A DNA stretch of 64,000 nucleotides from the NCBI GenBank assembly GCA_963758615.1, contig CAVWVZ010000011.1, positions 302,369 through 366,368 of the forward strand, in the 5' to 3' direction. The DNA comes from an uncultured Actinomycetota bacterium (GTDB lineage Bacteria; Actinomycetota; Actinomycetes; Actinomycetales; Microbacteriaceae). The position numbers were made by a program, and so were the translations under genes. Shown in pieces: positions 48,698 through 58,491 of the stretch. The notes beneath the pieces were generated by a model. That model was not told the DNA's origin. It searched no databases and saw only the letters and a program-made list of their open reading frames with translations. Positions within the stretch are counted from its first letter, which is position 1, and every line of letters starts with the position of its first letter.

Positions 48698-48772
48698 AGG
48701 CGAGTTCGTCGATCGGACACGAGCCCCATCTTCCTCCTGCGCACCGACAGCGGGAAGGGCTAGCCTCAACCC

Positions 48773-49162
48773 ATGGTGCGCTTCCTGATCCGCACGGCGA
48801 TCTTCCTGGTCACCGCCGCCCTCGGCCTGCTCGTCGCCTTCTGGCTGCTGCCCGAGTTCCACATCGAGTGGGGCGGGTTCCTCGTCGCGACGCTCGTCTT
48901 CGCGATCGCCCAGAGCCTGCTCGCACCGTTCACCTTCAGGCTCGCCCACCGCCACGCGCCGGCGGTGCTGGGCGGCATCGGCCTCGTCTCGACGTTCATC
49001 GCGCTCCTCATCGCGAGCCTGTTCCCGAGCGGGATCCAGATCGACGGCTTCACCACGTGGGTGCTCGCGACGCTCATCGTCTGGGCGGTCACGGCGCTCG
49101 GCACGTGGCTGCTGCCGCTCATCTTCCTGAAGCGACGCGTCGACGCGCGCAACGAGCCGTAG
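48773..49162 (+). CDS. 4-TM membrane protein of the 'phage holin superfamily IV'/DUF360 type
   Basis: Four hydrophobic segments, GGIGLVSTF, IQIDGFTTWVLATLIVW; leaderless after TAGCCT; no phage context. Confidence 0.8.
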   Translation: MVRFLIRTAIFLVTAALGLLVAFWLLPEFHIEWGGFLVATLVFAIAQSLLAPFTFRLAHRHAPAVLGGIGLVSTFIALLIASLFPSGIQIDGFTTWVLATLIVWAVTALGTWLLPLIFLKRRVDARNEP

Positions 49163-49196
49163 TAATCATCCGCCGCAGCTGCGCGGCGTCGCCCGC

Positions 49197-50060
49197 TCAG
49201 TGCATGTTGTCGTTGCCGGTGACGTGCGTCGCGTAGCCCGAGCAGCCGGCATCCTCCCAGCGGTAGGCGGCAGCCGAACCGGCGTCGCCGTACATCGCCG
49301 CAGTCCATGCGGCCTGTTCATCGGCGCTCAGGTCCACGGGCATCCGTCCGTCGACCCGCGGGTCGGACGGCTGGTGCTCGGGGTTCCACCACTCGTAGTA
49401 GAGCACCTCGAAGCCGGCGTCGGCCATGCACTGACGAACCGCGTCGTCGAATACGAGCGACTCCTGGCGCGGCGTCGGCGTCGACGGGTCGTCGGGTGGC
49501 ACCGGGGCGGTGAGCGGCGTGCCCGCCGCGCGTGCGGCCTCTGCCGCGGCGACGCCAGCATCGGCGCATCCTCCGCCCGGGTTGTAGATGTCGGGTCCGT
49601 ACAGGGCCTGCGTCCAGAGCACCGAGGTCTCGAAGTCGAGCCCAGGGGGTTGCCCGCCTTCGCCGATCCACCAGAGGTTCGGCAGGTACTCGAACCCGGC
49701 GTCGTTCATGCACTGGCGCACGACCGCGTCCTGCCCGAGGTACTCGGCGCGTTCCTCGAGGCTCACGTACTCGGGGTCGCCGGGTTCGAGGTACGGGTTG
49801 TAATCGGCGGCCATCACGCCGGTACCGGGAACGCGCTCGGGACTCGCAGGGGTCACGTCGGTGGGCGCCACGGCGGCGGGCGCTGGGGCTGGCTCGGTCG
49901 ACGTCGGCTCGACGTCGACCGCGGTGGGCTCAGCCGCCGCGGTCGGCACCGGCTCCGGTTGATTGGCCGCGTACGCGGCCACGCCGAGTGCGACGACGGA
50001 TGCTCCGCCGACGACGGCGCCCGAGATCGCGACGATCGCGGCGATGCGTTGGAGGTTCAC
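49197..50060 (-). CDS. Hypothetical membrane-anchored/secreted protein: Pro/Thr linker plus two Cys/Trp domains
   Basis: GTG overlaps the upstream stop; N-terminal hydrophobic segment; VRQCMNDAG..WW..WTQALYG..GGC and VRQCMADAG..EWW..WTAAMYG..AGC. Confidence 0.8.
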   Translation of the reverse strand: MNLQRIAAIVAISGAVVGGASVVALGVAAYAANQPEPVPTAAAEPTAVDVEPTSTEPAPAPAAVAPTDVTPASPERVPGTGVMAADYNPYLEPGDPEYVSLEERAEYLGQDAVVRQCMNDAGFEYLPNLWWIGEGGQPPGLDFETSVLWTQALYGPDIYNPGGGCADAGVAAAEAARAAGTPLTAPVPPDDPSTPTPRQESLVFDDAVRQCMADAGFEVLYYEWWNPEHQPSDPRVDGRMPVDLSADEQAAWTAAMYGDAGSAAAYRWEDAGCSGYATHVTGNDNMH

Positions 50061-50818
50061 GCGGCGGCTCCCTCGGTGGTCATTCGCGCGGCGACATCCG
50101 TTCGCCGACGCTTCGATGCCCAGAGCGATCCCGCCGATGGCAGCCACCAGGCGGCCATCGCGACGAAGAAGAGGACGCCCGCGGCGGCGAGGCCCCGATT
50201 CAGCAGGATCGCCTGGGAGAGGGACGACAGGTAGAACTCGGTCAGCGTGGCGCTCGACGCGATGAGCGTGTACATGCCGAAGCGGATCAGCACGTAGCTC
50301 GCGGCCGCGAGCCAGAGCGCGCCGAGCCAGCGCAGCCGGGGGATCGCCGTGAGCACGGCACCGAGGAGCGCCATCGCGAGGCCGACCACCCCGGCCGCCA
50401 CGAGATCCCAGGCGCCGGCCCAGTCGCCGGCCGTCATGCCGGCTGCGGTACGTGCGACGACGAGCACTCCCCACGCGAGCAGCAGCGCAGTCGCGAGGTG
50501 CGCGAGCGCCGGCAGCGCCAGGGGGAACGTGCCCCAAGGGGCCGCGAGCGCGGCTCGGCGAAGTCGGGCGTACCGCCAGGCGAGATCGGCCGGGATGCCC
50601 CTGATCGCACGGCCCACGATCGCACGGCTGGTGGCGGAGTCGCCGCCGGCATCGGCGCGTTGCTCGTAGAGATCGGAGGCGAGCTCGGCGACGCGCGCGG
50701 TGGCGACCGGCTCGGGGAGGTCGCGGGTGTACCAGCGGCACCAGCCCAGCACGGCAGCGTCGACCCGGTCGCCCGCCGTGCGCGGCACGATCGTCTGTTC
50801 GATCAGCTCGCCGCTCAT
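50057..50818 (-). CDS. PadR-associated membrane protein
   Basis: Cytoplasmic N-terminus WCRWYTRDLP..RVAELASDLYEQ..GIPADLAWR, then about four TM segments; coupled to padR. Confidence 0.8.
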   Translation of the reverse strand: MSGELIEQTIVPRTAGDRVDAAVLGWCRWYTRDLPEPVATARVAELASDLYEQRADAGGDSATSRAIVGRAIRGIPADLAWRYARLRRAALAAPWGTFPLALPALAHLATALLLAWGVLVVARTAAGMTAGDWAGAWDLVAAGVVGLAMALLGAVLTAIPRLRWLGALWLAAASYVLIRFGMYTLIASSATLTEFYLSSLSQAILLNRGLAAAGVLFFVAMAAWWLPSAGSLWASKRRRTDVAARMTTEGAAA

Positions 50819-51171
50819 GCGAACGCCGCCTTCGGCTGCGGAGCGACGGCCTCGGCGCGTGCGGCGAGCTCGGCCCGGTGCGCAAGCTCGCCGGCACCGG
50901 TCACCCGGTACAACCGGCGCCGCGGACGACCCTCGGCCTCGGCGATCGCCGCGTCCTCCCACGTCGGTTCGAGCAGGCCGGAATCGGTGAGGCGCGCGAG
51001 CGCCTTGTAGAGCGTGCCGTGCGCCGTGAGCGCGCCGGCATCGTTGTGCTCGGCGATGCGCTTCGCGAGTGCGAACCCGTAGAAGTCGCCGTCTTCCCCC
51101 TGCAGTTCCATGCCTGCACCGAGGATGTGCATCTCGAGGTCGAGCAGTCGACCTTCACGTCTGCGTGCCAT
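50815..51171 (-). CDS. PadR family transcriptional regulator
   Basis: YGFALAKRI, GTLYKALARL..GLL..W, GRPRRRLYRVT..G; leaderless ATG 7 nt after TATTCT. Confidence 0.9.
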   Translation of the reverse strand: MARRREGRLLDLEMHILGAGMELQGEDGDFYGFALAKRIAEHNDAGALTAHGTLYKALARLTDSGLLEPTWEDAAIAEAEGRPRRRLYRVTGAGELAHRAELAARAEAVAPQPKAAFA

Positions 51172-51181
51172 GGTGGAAAGA

Positions 51182-51201
51182 ATAGGAAGATATCTTCCTA
51201 T
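51182..51201. promoter_or_regulatory. Perfect 20-bp palindrome, probable PadR operator
   Basis: ATAGGAAGATATCTTCCTAT, AT-rich in a GC-rich background, overlapping the padR -10. Confidence 0.8.
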
Positions 51202-51361
51202 CCGCAAGCACCTCTTCGAGCGACCTCTCGCGCCGCCGCTCGAAGCCGAACCTGATTCGGTGTTCGACCGTGCTCGGGTTAGCATGCTCCGCACCCCGAA
51301 TCACCCCGCTGCATCCGCGGGCACCGCCCCCGCAGCATCCGAACCCGAAAGCACCACCACC

Positions 51362-52207
51362 ATGCGCAAGCGCACCGTCGCGCTCATCGTCGTCGCCGCC
51401 GTCCTCCTCGCCCTCGTCGGCGGGGCGTACTGGGCCGGCCGCCACCTCTTCCACGAGCCCACCGCCGAGGGGGTCGACTCCGTCGTCGGCGAGCTCGGCG
51501 GCACCCGCGTCCTCGGCGTCTTCGCCCATCCCGACGACGAGCAGACCGTGAACGGACTGTTCTTCCGCGCCAAGCAGCGCGACGGCGCGTACACCGCGAT
51601 GATCACGGCGACGCAGGGCGAGGCCGGCCACCAGACGCCCGTGGTCGCCAGGCAGGAGGACCTCGGGACCATCCGCAAGGCCGAGGCGCTGAAGAACAGC
51701 TTCAACCTCGGTGTCGACCGTCACGTCGTGTGGGACTACCCCGACGGCGGCGTGCCCGATGCCGACGAGGACGAGCTCGTGGCGCGCGTCGTCGCCGAGA
51801 TGAAGCGCGTGCGCCCCGATGTCGTCGTGGCCTTCTGGCCAGAGAGCGGCGCGACCGGGCACGCCGACCACATGGAGATGGGCCGGATCACCGAGCTCGC
51901 GATCGCCGAGCTCGAGGCATCCGACGGCTCATACACCGGGCCCGACCAGCTCGTCTACACGATCAGCCCGTCGGGCGCGCTCGCGGCGTTCGGCGGCGAG
52001 ACCGGGGCGTTCGTCGTCGCGAACCAGCCGAAGCCCGAGTACGCGATGAGCGCCGAGGTGGCGAAGAAGCACGAGGGCTGGACCATCCACGCGTCGCAGG
52101 CGAACTTCCTGCCCGAGGCGTACATCCTGCCCACGTGGCTCGTCTACTCGCTGTGGGACCAGGAGTTCTACCACGTGCGCGATCTCGAGGCCGAGCCCCT
52201 CACGTAG
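51362..52207 (+). CDS. PIG-L/LmbE family de-N-acetylase with an N-terminal membrane anchor
   Basis: AHPDDE, TATQGEAG, RKAEA, YPDG, GHADH; N-terminus MRKR plus hydrophobic segment. Confidence 0.87.
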   Translation: MRKRTVALIVVAAVLLALVGGAYWAGRHLFHEPTAEGVDSVVGELGGTRVLGVFAHPDDEQTVNGLFFRAKQRDGAYTAMITATQGEAGHQTPVVARQEDLGTIRKAEALKNSFNLGVDRHVVWDYPDGGVPDADEDELVARVVAEMKRVRPDVVVAFWPESGATGHADHMEMGRITELAIAELEASDGSYTGPDQLVYTISPSGALAAFGGETGAFVVANQPKPEYAMSAEVAKKHEGWTIHASQANFLPEAYILPTWLVYSLWDQEFYHVRDLEAEPLT

Positions 52208-52316
52208 CGGTGCGTCCGGCGCCTCCGCAACCCGGTTGCCGGTGCGGCCGGGCGCGAGCAGACTGGGGCGAACGATCGGATGCCCCGGCATCGACCCGGC
52301 GAGGAATGAGGCGACG

Positions 52317-53123
52317 TTGCCCACCATCATGAGCTCCGACGGCGTGCGGCTCAACTACCTCGAGACCGGTGATCCGAGTGGCCGGCCGGTCGTGCTCGTC
52401 GCGGGGTTCAAGGCTTCGGCGACGAGCTGGCGCTACCAGGTGAAGACGCTCGAGAAAGCCGGCCACCGCGTCATCGCGTTCGATCGCCGTGGGAACGGTG
52501 CCTCCGAGGTCGGCGGCGAGCACACCATGGAGCGCCACGGTGCCGACATCAACGACCTGCTCACGCGCCTCGACCTCGCTGACGCGACGATCGTCGGGGG
52601 GTCCATGGGCGGCAACTCGGTCTGGGCGCTCGTGGCGCAGTTCGGCTCCGCCCGCCTGCGCGATGTCGTCATCGTCGACCAGACGCCCAAGATGCTGAAC
52701 GACGATGACTGGGCGTACGGGTTCTACGGGTGCGACGCGTCGAACATCGACACGTTGTTCGCCTCCGGCATCCCCGACCCCGGGCGCGTTCCGCCGAGAT
52801 CGAAGGGGCTCGTACGCACCGCTCGGGTGTTGAAGGCGTTGGAGATCCCGAAGGGCGGCAAGCCGACGTACACCGAGGCCGAGCTCGCCCTCCTCAACGA
52901 CCACGCGAAACGCGACTGGCGACCGGTGATCGCCGGGTTCGACCGGCCCGCGTTCTTCATCGCCGGCGCCGAGAGCGAGGTCTGGCCGGCCGCGCACGCC
53001 GCGGCATCCGCAGCTCTGAACCCGCTCGCGCGCTCGACCGTGATCGAGCGCGACGGGCACGCCGCGAACATCGAGCAGCCGCAGCGGTTCAACGAGGCAC
53101 TGCTCGGGTTCCTGCGGCGCTGA
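52317..53123 (+). CDS. Alpha/beta hydrolase
   Basis: SDGVRLNYLETG, FDRRGNG, GGSMGG, VDQTP, GHAANIEQP. Confidence 0.9.
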   Translation: MPTIMSSDGVRLNYLETGDPSGRPVVLVAGFKASATSWRYQVKTLEKAGHRVIAFDRRGNGASEVGGEHTMERHGADINDLLTRLDLADATIVGGSMGGNSVWALVAQFGSARLRDVVIVDQTPKMLNDDDWAYGFYGCDASNIDTLFASGIPDPGRVPPRSKGLVRTARVLKALEIPKGGKPTYTEAELALLNDHAKRDWRPVIAGFDRPAFFIAGAESEVWPAAHAAASAALNPLARSTVIERDGHAANIEQPQRFNEALLGFLRR

Positions 53124-53165
53124 GGCCGCAACGCCCTGCCGCGACGTCGGCGGCGGCCGAGCAGC

Positions 53166-54903
53166 TCACCGCCGTTGACGCACCCATTCCTCGGCATCGT
53201 CATGCGCGCGGTGCACGGCCTCGCCGACCCATTCCGAGCTCTCGTAGACACGATCGGGCCCAAGGCGTTCGAGCAGGCCGCCGGCCTCGAGCTGGCCGCG
53301 GATCCGCTCGCCGGCGATCACGAACCACAGCGTGGAATCGTTCTGCTCGAGGTCGTTGAGGTAGCGGTCGAACACCGCGACGAACGACAGCCCGAGCTCG
53401 TCGATCCCCCGGAGGCGGAGGATGACGACCGATCCCCGCGACTCCGGTTCCACCTTCGGCAACTGCGCCTCGAGCACCGGAGCGCTCGCGTAGGCCATGT
53501 TGCCGTAGGGCTGGAGGACCACGACCTCGTGCGGAGGCAGGACCGGCACCGGATCGATCTCGCGCAGCCGGCCCTCGCCGTGGAACTCGAGCTGGCGGAC
53601 CCTGAGCCGGTTCGACTGCTGGGCCACGAACAGGATGATGCCGAGGCCGACGCCCACGAGCACCGCGAACTGCAGCGGGATGATGAGCGTGAGCACGAAC
53701 GTGACGGCCATGACGGCGGTCTGCAGCGCGCCCGGTCTTCACGACCGACTGGATGCGCGCGGGCTTGATCGCCTTCACCCCGACGACGATGAGCAACCCG
53801 GCGAGCGCCGACATCGCGACGAGTGAGACGACGCCGGAGGCGACGAGGATGACGAGCGCCATGACTGCGGCGGCGATGAACAGCGCGAGGCGGGTGCGTG
53901 CACCCGCTGCGGTGATGAGCGCCGATGCCGACATCGAGCCGCCGACCGGCATGCCCCGGAACACCCCGGAGACGATGTTGCCGACCCCCTGGCCGACGAA
54001 GTTGCGTGAATCGTCGGCCGGCTTGCCGTCGGCGTTCGGAACGCCGGCCGCGACGGCGGCGCCCTGCACGAGGCCGACGAACGCGAGCGAGAGGGCCGGC
54101 AGCGCCAGGTACCCGAGGTCGCCGAGGCTCGGGAGCACGGGCATCGGAAGTCCCGTCGGCACCTCGGCGACGTCGCCGACGACGAGCACCGGCCAGTCGA
54201 AGACGTAGGTGAAGAGGGCGGCGAGCCCCGAGCCCACGGCGATCGCGACCACGAGGCCGAGCGAGTGCAGCGGCGTTCGCGTGAGCACCACGATGAGCGC
54301 GATCGTCACGAGCCCGACGATCAGGGTCGGCAGGTCGAACAGCCGCACGTGCGCGAACGTGTCGATCGCCCTGAACAGCCGGTTCGGACCCCTGCCGGCG
54401 TATCCGGTCAGGTTCGTGAGCTGGCCGAGCACGATGTTGACGCCGACCGCGGTCACGAAGCCCACCATCACGGCGGTGGGCACGAAGCGCAGCATCCGTC
54501 CGCCCTTGAGCAGGCCCGCGATGATCATGAACACGCCCGTGAGCATCGCGAGGGTGAACAGCGCGCGATCGGGGTCGGGCCGGGTGCCGAGATCGGTGTC
54601 CGAGACGATGAGCGCCATCGCGCCGGTCGCCTGCACCGCCATGAACGAGCTGCTGGTGGCCAGGGCGGCCCCCGCCAGCCCGAACAGGAAGGCGTAGATG
54701 CCCGCGACCGGGTTGACGCCGGCGAGCAGGCCGATGGCGAGGCCGTCGGGAACGCTCTCGATGCCGAGGATGGTGCCGGCGAGGGCGTCCTTGCCCAGCG
54801 TCTCGCGCCGGAACACCCCGCGGATGCGGCGCCATCGCGCGGCGAGCCACGACCCGCGGGCGCCTGCGGGCGCACCCGGCCGATCGTCTGGTGCAACCCC
54901 CAT
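53166..54903 (-). pseudogene. SulP/SLC26 anion transporter with STAS domain, +1 frameshift at 53731-53733 (probably a sequencing error)
   Basis: DALAG..ESVPDGLAIGLLAGVNPVAGIY, GFVTAVG, GQGVGNIVSG.F.GMPVGGSMSAS; second frame YGNMAYASA, VILRLRGIDEL (STAS). Removing one base joins KTG-ALQTAVM. Confidence 0.9.
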
Positions 54904-54971
54904 CGCGCATCCCTCCGATCGGCTGAGGTGCCCTCGGCACCCAGAGCGTAAGCCCGTGTGCAGCCCCGACG

Positions 54972-56381
54972 CTACCCGGGGAACGCCTTGCCCGGGTTGA
55001 GCGTGCCGAGCGGGTCGAGCGCGCGCTTGATGGCCGTGTGCATCGCGATGACCCGGTCGCCCAGTTCCTCGCGGGCGCCGGGCAGCTTCAGCAGTCCGAC
55101 GCCGTGCTCGCCGGTGACCGTGCCGCCGAGGTCCCGGCAGTCGTCGACGATGCGGTCGAACGCGAGCTTGGCGCGGGCCTTGGCCGCGTCGTCGCCCTCG
55201 GGCGCGATGATCAGCGGGTGCAGGTTGCCGTCGCCCGCGTGCGCGATGTTCGCGATCACGATGTCGTGCGCGGCCGCGGTCGCCTGGATGCGCGCCAGCA
55301 TCTCGGGCACTGCGCCGCGCGGCACGCAGATGTCCTCGGTGAGCACGGGACCGAGGCGCTCGAGGGCCGGGTAGGCGAGCCGGCGGGCGAGGAACAGCCG
55401 ATCGACCTCGTCGGCCGCGACCGCCTGTTCGACCGAGATCGCGCCGGCATCGGCCATGATGCGGGCGACGGATGCCGCGAGCTCGACGCCCACCGCACCG
55501 ACCTCGTCGACCTTCGCCAGCAGCATGGTGTCGACGCCGTGCGGCAGCCCGAGCGACTGCCACGCGTCGACCGCCTCGACGCAGGTGCGGTCGATGAGTT
55601 CGAGTGCCGCGGGAACGATGCCCGCAGCGGTGATCGCCGCGACCGCGTCGCCGGCCGCCGTCAGGGAGGCGAACGAGCCGACGATCGCGCGCTCCTCGCG
55701 GCCGCCGAGCGGCAGCAGCTTGAGTGTGACCTCGGTCACGATGCCGAGCGTGCCCTCCGATCCGACGATCAGCGCGGTGAGGTCGTACCCCGTCACGCCC
55801 TTGGCCGTGCGGCGACCGAGCGCCACCACGTCGCCGTCGGCGAGCACGACCCGCATGCCGAGCACGTAGTCGCGCGTGACCCCGTACTTCACGCAGCAGA
55901 TGCCGCCCGCGTTCGTGGCGACATTGCCGCCGATCGTCGAGATGCGGTAGCTCGCCGGGTCGGGCGGGTACCAGAGGCCCTGCTCGGCGACGACGTCGCG
56001 CAACGTGTCGTTGATGACCCCGGGTTCGGCGACGACGTACCGCTCGGCGGCGTTCACCTCGACGATGCGCGTCATGCGCTCGAGCGACAGCACGATGCTG
56101 CGCGCCATCGCGTTCGCGCCACCCGAGAGCCCGGTGCCTGCTCCGCGGGCGACGACGTGCAGACCGGATGCCGCTGCCAGCCGCACCACGTCGACCACGT
56201 CCTGCTCGCGCTCGGCCAGCACCACGGCGAGCGGCGGTGCATAGGGCGCCCACTCGGCATCGTCGTGCGCGTAGGACTCGAGCGCCGCGGCATCCGTCAG
56301 CACCTGATCGGCGCGCAGCAGCCGCCCGAGATCGGCGACGACGCGCGCTCGGTCGACTGCGGTGTCGGGGGAGGCCGTCAT
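54972..56381 (-). CDS. FAD-linked oxidase, GlcD / D-2-hydroxyacid dehydrogenase type
   Basis: RGAGTGLSGGA, YPPDPAS, TIGGNVATNAGG..KYGVTRD, GSEGTLGI, HAGDGNLH, GEHGVG, LNPGK; leaderless after TAGGCT. Confidence 0.92.
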   Translation of the reverse strand: MTASPDTAVDRARVVADLGRLLRADQVLTDAAALESYAHDDAEWAPYAPPLAVVLAEREQDVVDVVRLAAASGLHVVARGAGTGLSGGANAMARSIVLSLERMTRIVEVNAAERYVVAEPGVINDTLRDVVAEQGLWYPPDPASYRISTIGGNVATNAGGICCVKYGVTRDYVLGMRVVLADGDVVALGRRTAKGVTGYDLTALIVGSEGTLGIVTEVTLKLLPLGGREERAIVGSFASLTAAGDAVAAITAAGIVPAALELIDRTCVEAVDAWQSLGLPHGVDTMLLAKVDEVGAVGVELAASVARIMADAGAISVEQAVAADEVDRLFLARRLAYPALERLGPVLTEDICVPRGAVPEMLARIQATAAAHDIVIANIAHAGDGNLHPLIIAPEGDDAAKARAKLAFDRIVDDCRDLGGTVTGEHGVGLLKLPGAREELGDRVIAMHTAIKRALDPLGTLNPGKAFPG

Positions 56382-56415
56382 GCAAGCGAGCCTAGGACCT
56401 CGAATGCGAGCCGAC

Positions 56416-57303
56416 TCAGCGCTCGGCGACGAACCGGCGCGTGACCGCGATGTCGCGGTCCCCGAGCCCCGCGGCGACGAGCTCGTCGAACGCGTCCCGC
56501 AGGGTGGGCAGCAGCACGGTGTTCGTGCCGGTGGCTTCGGCCACATCGGCGGCGAACGACAGGTCCTTCATCATGTACCGCGCGATGCCCGAGGGCGAGT
56601 CGTCGCCGGTGACGAGCTTCTCGCGGCGACTGTCGAGCAGGTTCGACCCCGCGTAGCCGCCGCCGAGCAGGTCCCAGAGCACCCCGAGGTCGATGCCGCT
56701 GCGCTCGGCGAGCACGCTCGCCTCGCCGAGGGCGAGGATCGTCGCCGACACGATCATCTGGTTGCAGGCCTTCGCCACCTCACCGGCGCCCAGCGGCCCC
56801 AGGTGCACCGGCCGTCCGCAGGCGGCGAGGACCGACGATGCGCGCGCGACATCGTCAGGCGTACCACCGAGCATGATCGAGAGCGTCGCGCCGATCGCTC
56901 CGTCCTCACCGCCCGAGACGGGGCAGTCGACGACTCGGACGCGTCCGTCGGTCTCGTCGGCCAGCCGCGCCGCGAGCGCGCGCACGCCGGTCGGCGATGA
57001 CGACGATCCGATCATGAGCAGCACGTCGGTGCCGGCCGCGAGGATGCCGGCCGGCCCTGCGAGCACCTCCTCGACCTGCGGCAGGTCGGGGAGCATCAGC
57101 AGGATCACGTCGGATGCCGCGGCGAGGTCCCTGGGCGTGTCGTGCCAGGCCGCGCCCGACGCGATCAACGAGTCGTCGTCGCGTCGCGTGCGGCCGGTGA
57201 TGTGCAGCGATCCGTTCGCCTCGAGCAGGTGGTGCGCCATGGGGCGCCCCATGGCGCCGAGGCCGATGACGCCGATGCGGTCGTCGTGAACGTCGATGGT
57301 CAT
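56416..57303 (-). CDS. Beta-hydroxyacid dehydrogenase (tartronate semialdehyde reductase / HIBADH family)
   Basis: IGLGAMGRPMA, DCPVSGG, GEVAKACNQ, KDL. Confidence 0.9.
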   Translation of the reverse strand: MTIDVHDDRIGVIGLGAMGRPMAHHLLEANGSLHITGRTRRDDDSLIASGAAWHDTPRDLAAASDVILLMLPDLPQVEEVLAGPAGILAAGTDVLLMIGSSSSPTGVRALAARLADETDGRVRVVDCPVSGGEDGAIGATLSIMLGGTPDDVARASSVLAACGRPVHLGPLGAGEVAKACNQMIVSATILALGEASVLAERSGIDLGVLWDLLGGGYAGSNLLDSRREKLVTGDDSPSGIARYMMKDLSFAADVAEATGTNTVLLPTLRDAFDELVAAGLGDRDIAVTRRFVAER

Positions 57304-57333
57304 GCGACCACCCTACCAAGCGACCATTCTGTA

Positions 57334-57355
57334 GAACAGTGTTCAACATGTTGAA
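57334..57355. promoter_or_regulatory. Probable IclR operator between the divergent dehydrogenase genes
   Basis: GAACAGTGTTCAACATGTTGAA contains the perfect palindrome TTCAACATGTTGAA and shares GAACAGTGTYCA with 59314. Confidence 0.65.
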
Positions 57356-57400
57356 TTCCGGGTACCATTGAGTCGTCGCCCACGAATCGAAGAGGATCCC

Positions 57401-58459
57401 ATGACCGACACCACCACGCCAATGCGCATCGTCGTCTCCGTCGACCTGAGCGAAGATCTCTGCCGCCGGATCGAGCAGCTCGAACCGCGTGTCGAACTCA
57501 TCCGCGACCACTCGCTGTACCGCCCCATGCGGGGACCTGCCGACTGGTCCGGAGATCCGGCATTCACGCGAAGCCGCGAGCAGCAGGCCGCGTTCGACGA
57601 GCTCGTCGACTCCGCAGACGCGCTCTTCGGCATTCCTGACGTCGACTCGGCTGCACTCGCACGCACCATCGGAGCGAACCCACGCCTGCGCTGGGTGCAC
57701 ACCACGGCCGCGGGCGGCGGCGGCCAGGTGAAGGCCGCGAGCCTCTCCGAATCCGACCTCGAGCGCGTGCTCTTCACGACGAGCGCCGGAGTGCACGGCG
57801 ACACCCTCGCCGAGTTCGCCCTCTTCGGCGTGCTCGCGGGCGCGAAGGACCTCCCGCGTCTGCACCGGCAGCAGGCTCGACGCGAGTGGACCGACCGCTG
57901 GGAGATGCGCCAGCTCGACGAGATGACCGTGCTGATCGTCGGCCTGGGCGGCATCGGCGTTGCCGCAGCCCGCAAGTTCTCGGCGCTCGGTGCGACCGTC
58001 CTGGGCACGACGCGCTCAGGCGAACCCGTCGACGGCGTCGACCGGCTCATCCCCATCGACGAACTTCCCACCGCGGTGCGCGAGGCCGACGCGATCGTCG
58101 TGACCCTGCCCGGCACGGCGGCCACCGAGGGCCTCCTCGGCGAGGAGGTCTTCGCGAACGTGAAGCCCGGCGTCATCGTCTCGAGCGTCGGCCGGGGCAC
58201 CGTCATCGACGAGCCGTCGCTCATCGCGGCGCTCGACGACGGCCGCGTCTCGTTCGCAGCGCTCGACGTGTTCGCCGTCGAGCCGCTGCCCGACGACAAC
58301 CCGCTGTGGGGACATCCGAACGTGCTCGTCAGCCCCCATACCGCCGCGCTCTCGAGCGCGGAGGAGTCGCGGATCGCGAGACTGTTCGCAGAGAACGCGC
58401 GCCGCCTGCTCGATGGCGAGCCGCTCAAGAACGTGGTCGATACTGTCGAGTTCTACTGA
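57401..58459 (+). CDS. D-2-hydroxyacid dehydrogenase (NAD(P)-dependent)
   Basis: WVHTTAAG, GVHGDTLAEF, IVGLGGIG, VGRG, ALDVFAVEPL, SPHTA. Confidence 0.92.
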   Translation: MTDTTTPMRIVVSVDLSEDLCRRIEQLEPRVELIRDHSLYRPMRGPADWSGDPAFTRSREQQAAFDELVDSADALFGIPDVDSAALARTIGANPRLRWVHTTAAGGGGQVKAASLSESDLERVLFTTSAGVHGDTLAEFALFGVLAGAKDLPRLHRQQARREWTDRWEMRQLDEMTVLIVGLGGIGVAAARKFSALGATVLGTTRSGEPVDGVDRLIPIDELPTAVREADAIVVTLPGTAATEGLLGEEVFANVKPGVIVSSVGRGTVIDEPSLIAALDDGRVSFAALDVFAVEPLPDDNPLWGHPNVLVSPHTAALSSAEESRIARLFAENARRLLDGEPLKNVVDTVEFY

Positions 58460-58491
58460 TTCGTCCATCACCACCCTGCGAGGGAGCAGAA

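Noticed and set aside
48773-49162. Prophage remnant inferred from the 'phage holin' family gene
   Set aside because: No endolysin, integrase or structural genes nearby; this family is a common chromosomal membrane protein in Actinobacteria.
53200-56385. 1061-aa ORF joining the oxidase region and SulP
   Set aside because: The N-terminal half is off-frame to the FAD oxidase; SulP starts at 54903 with its own start.
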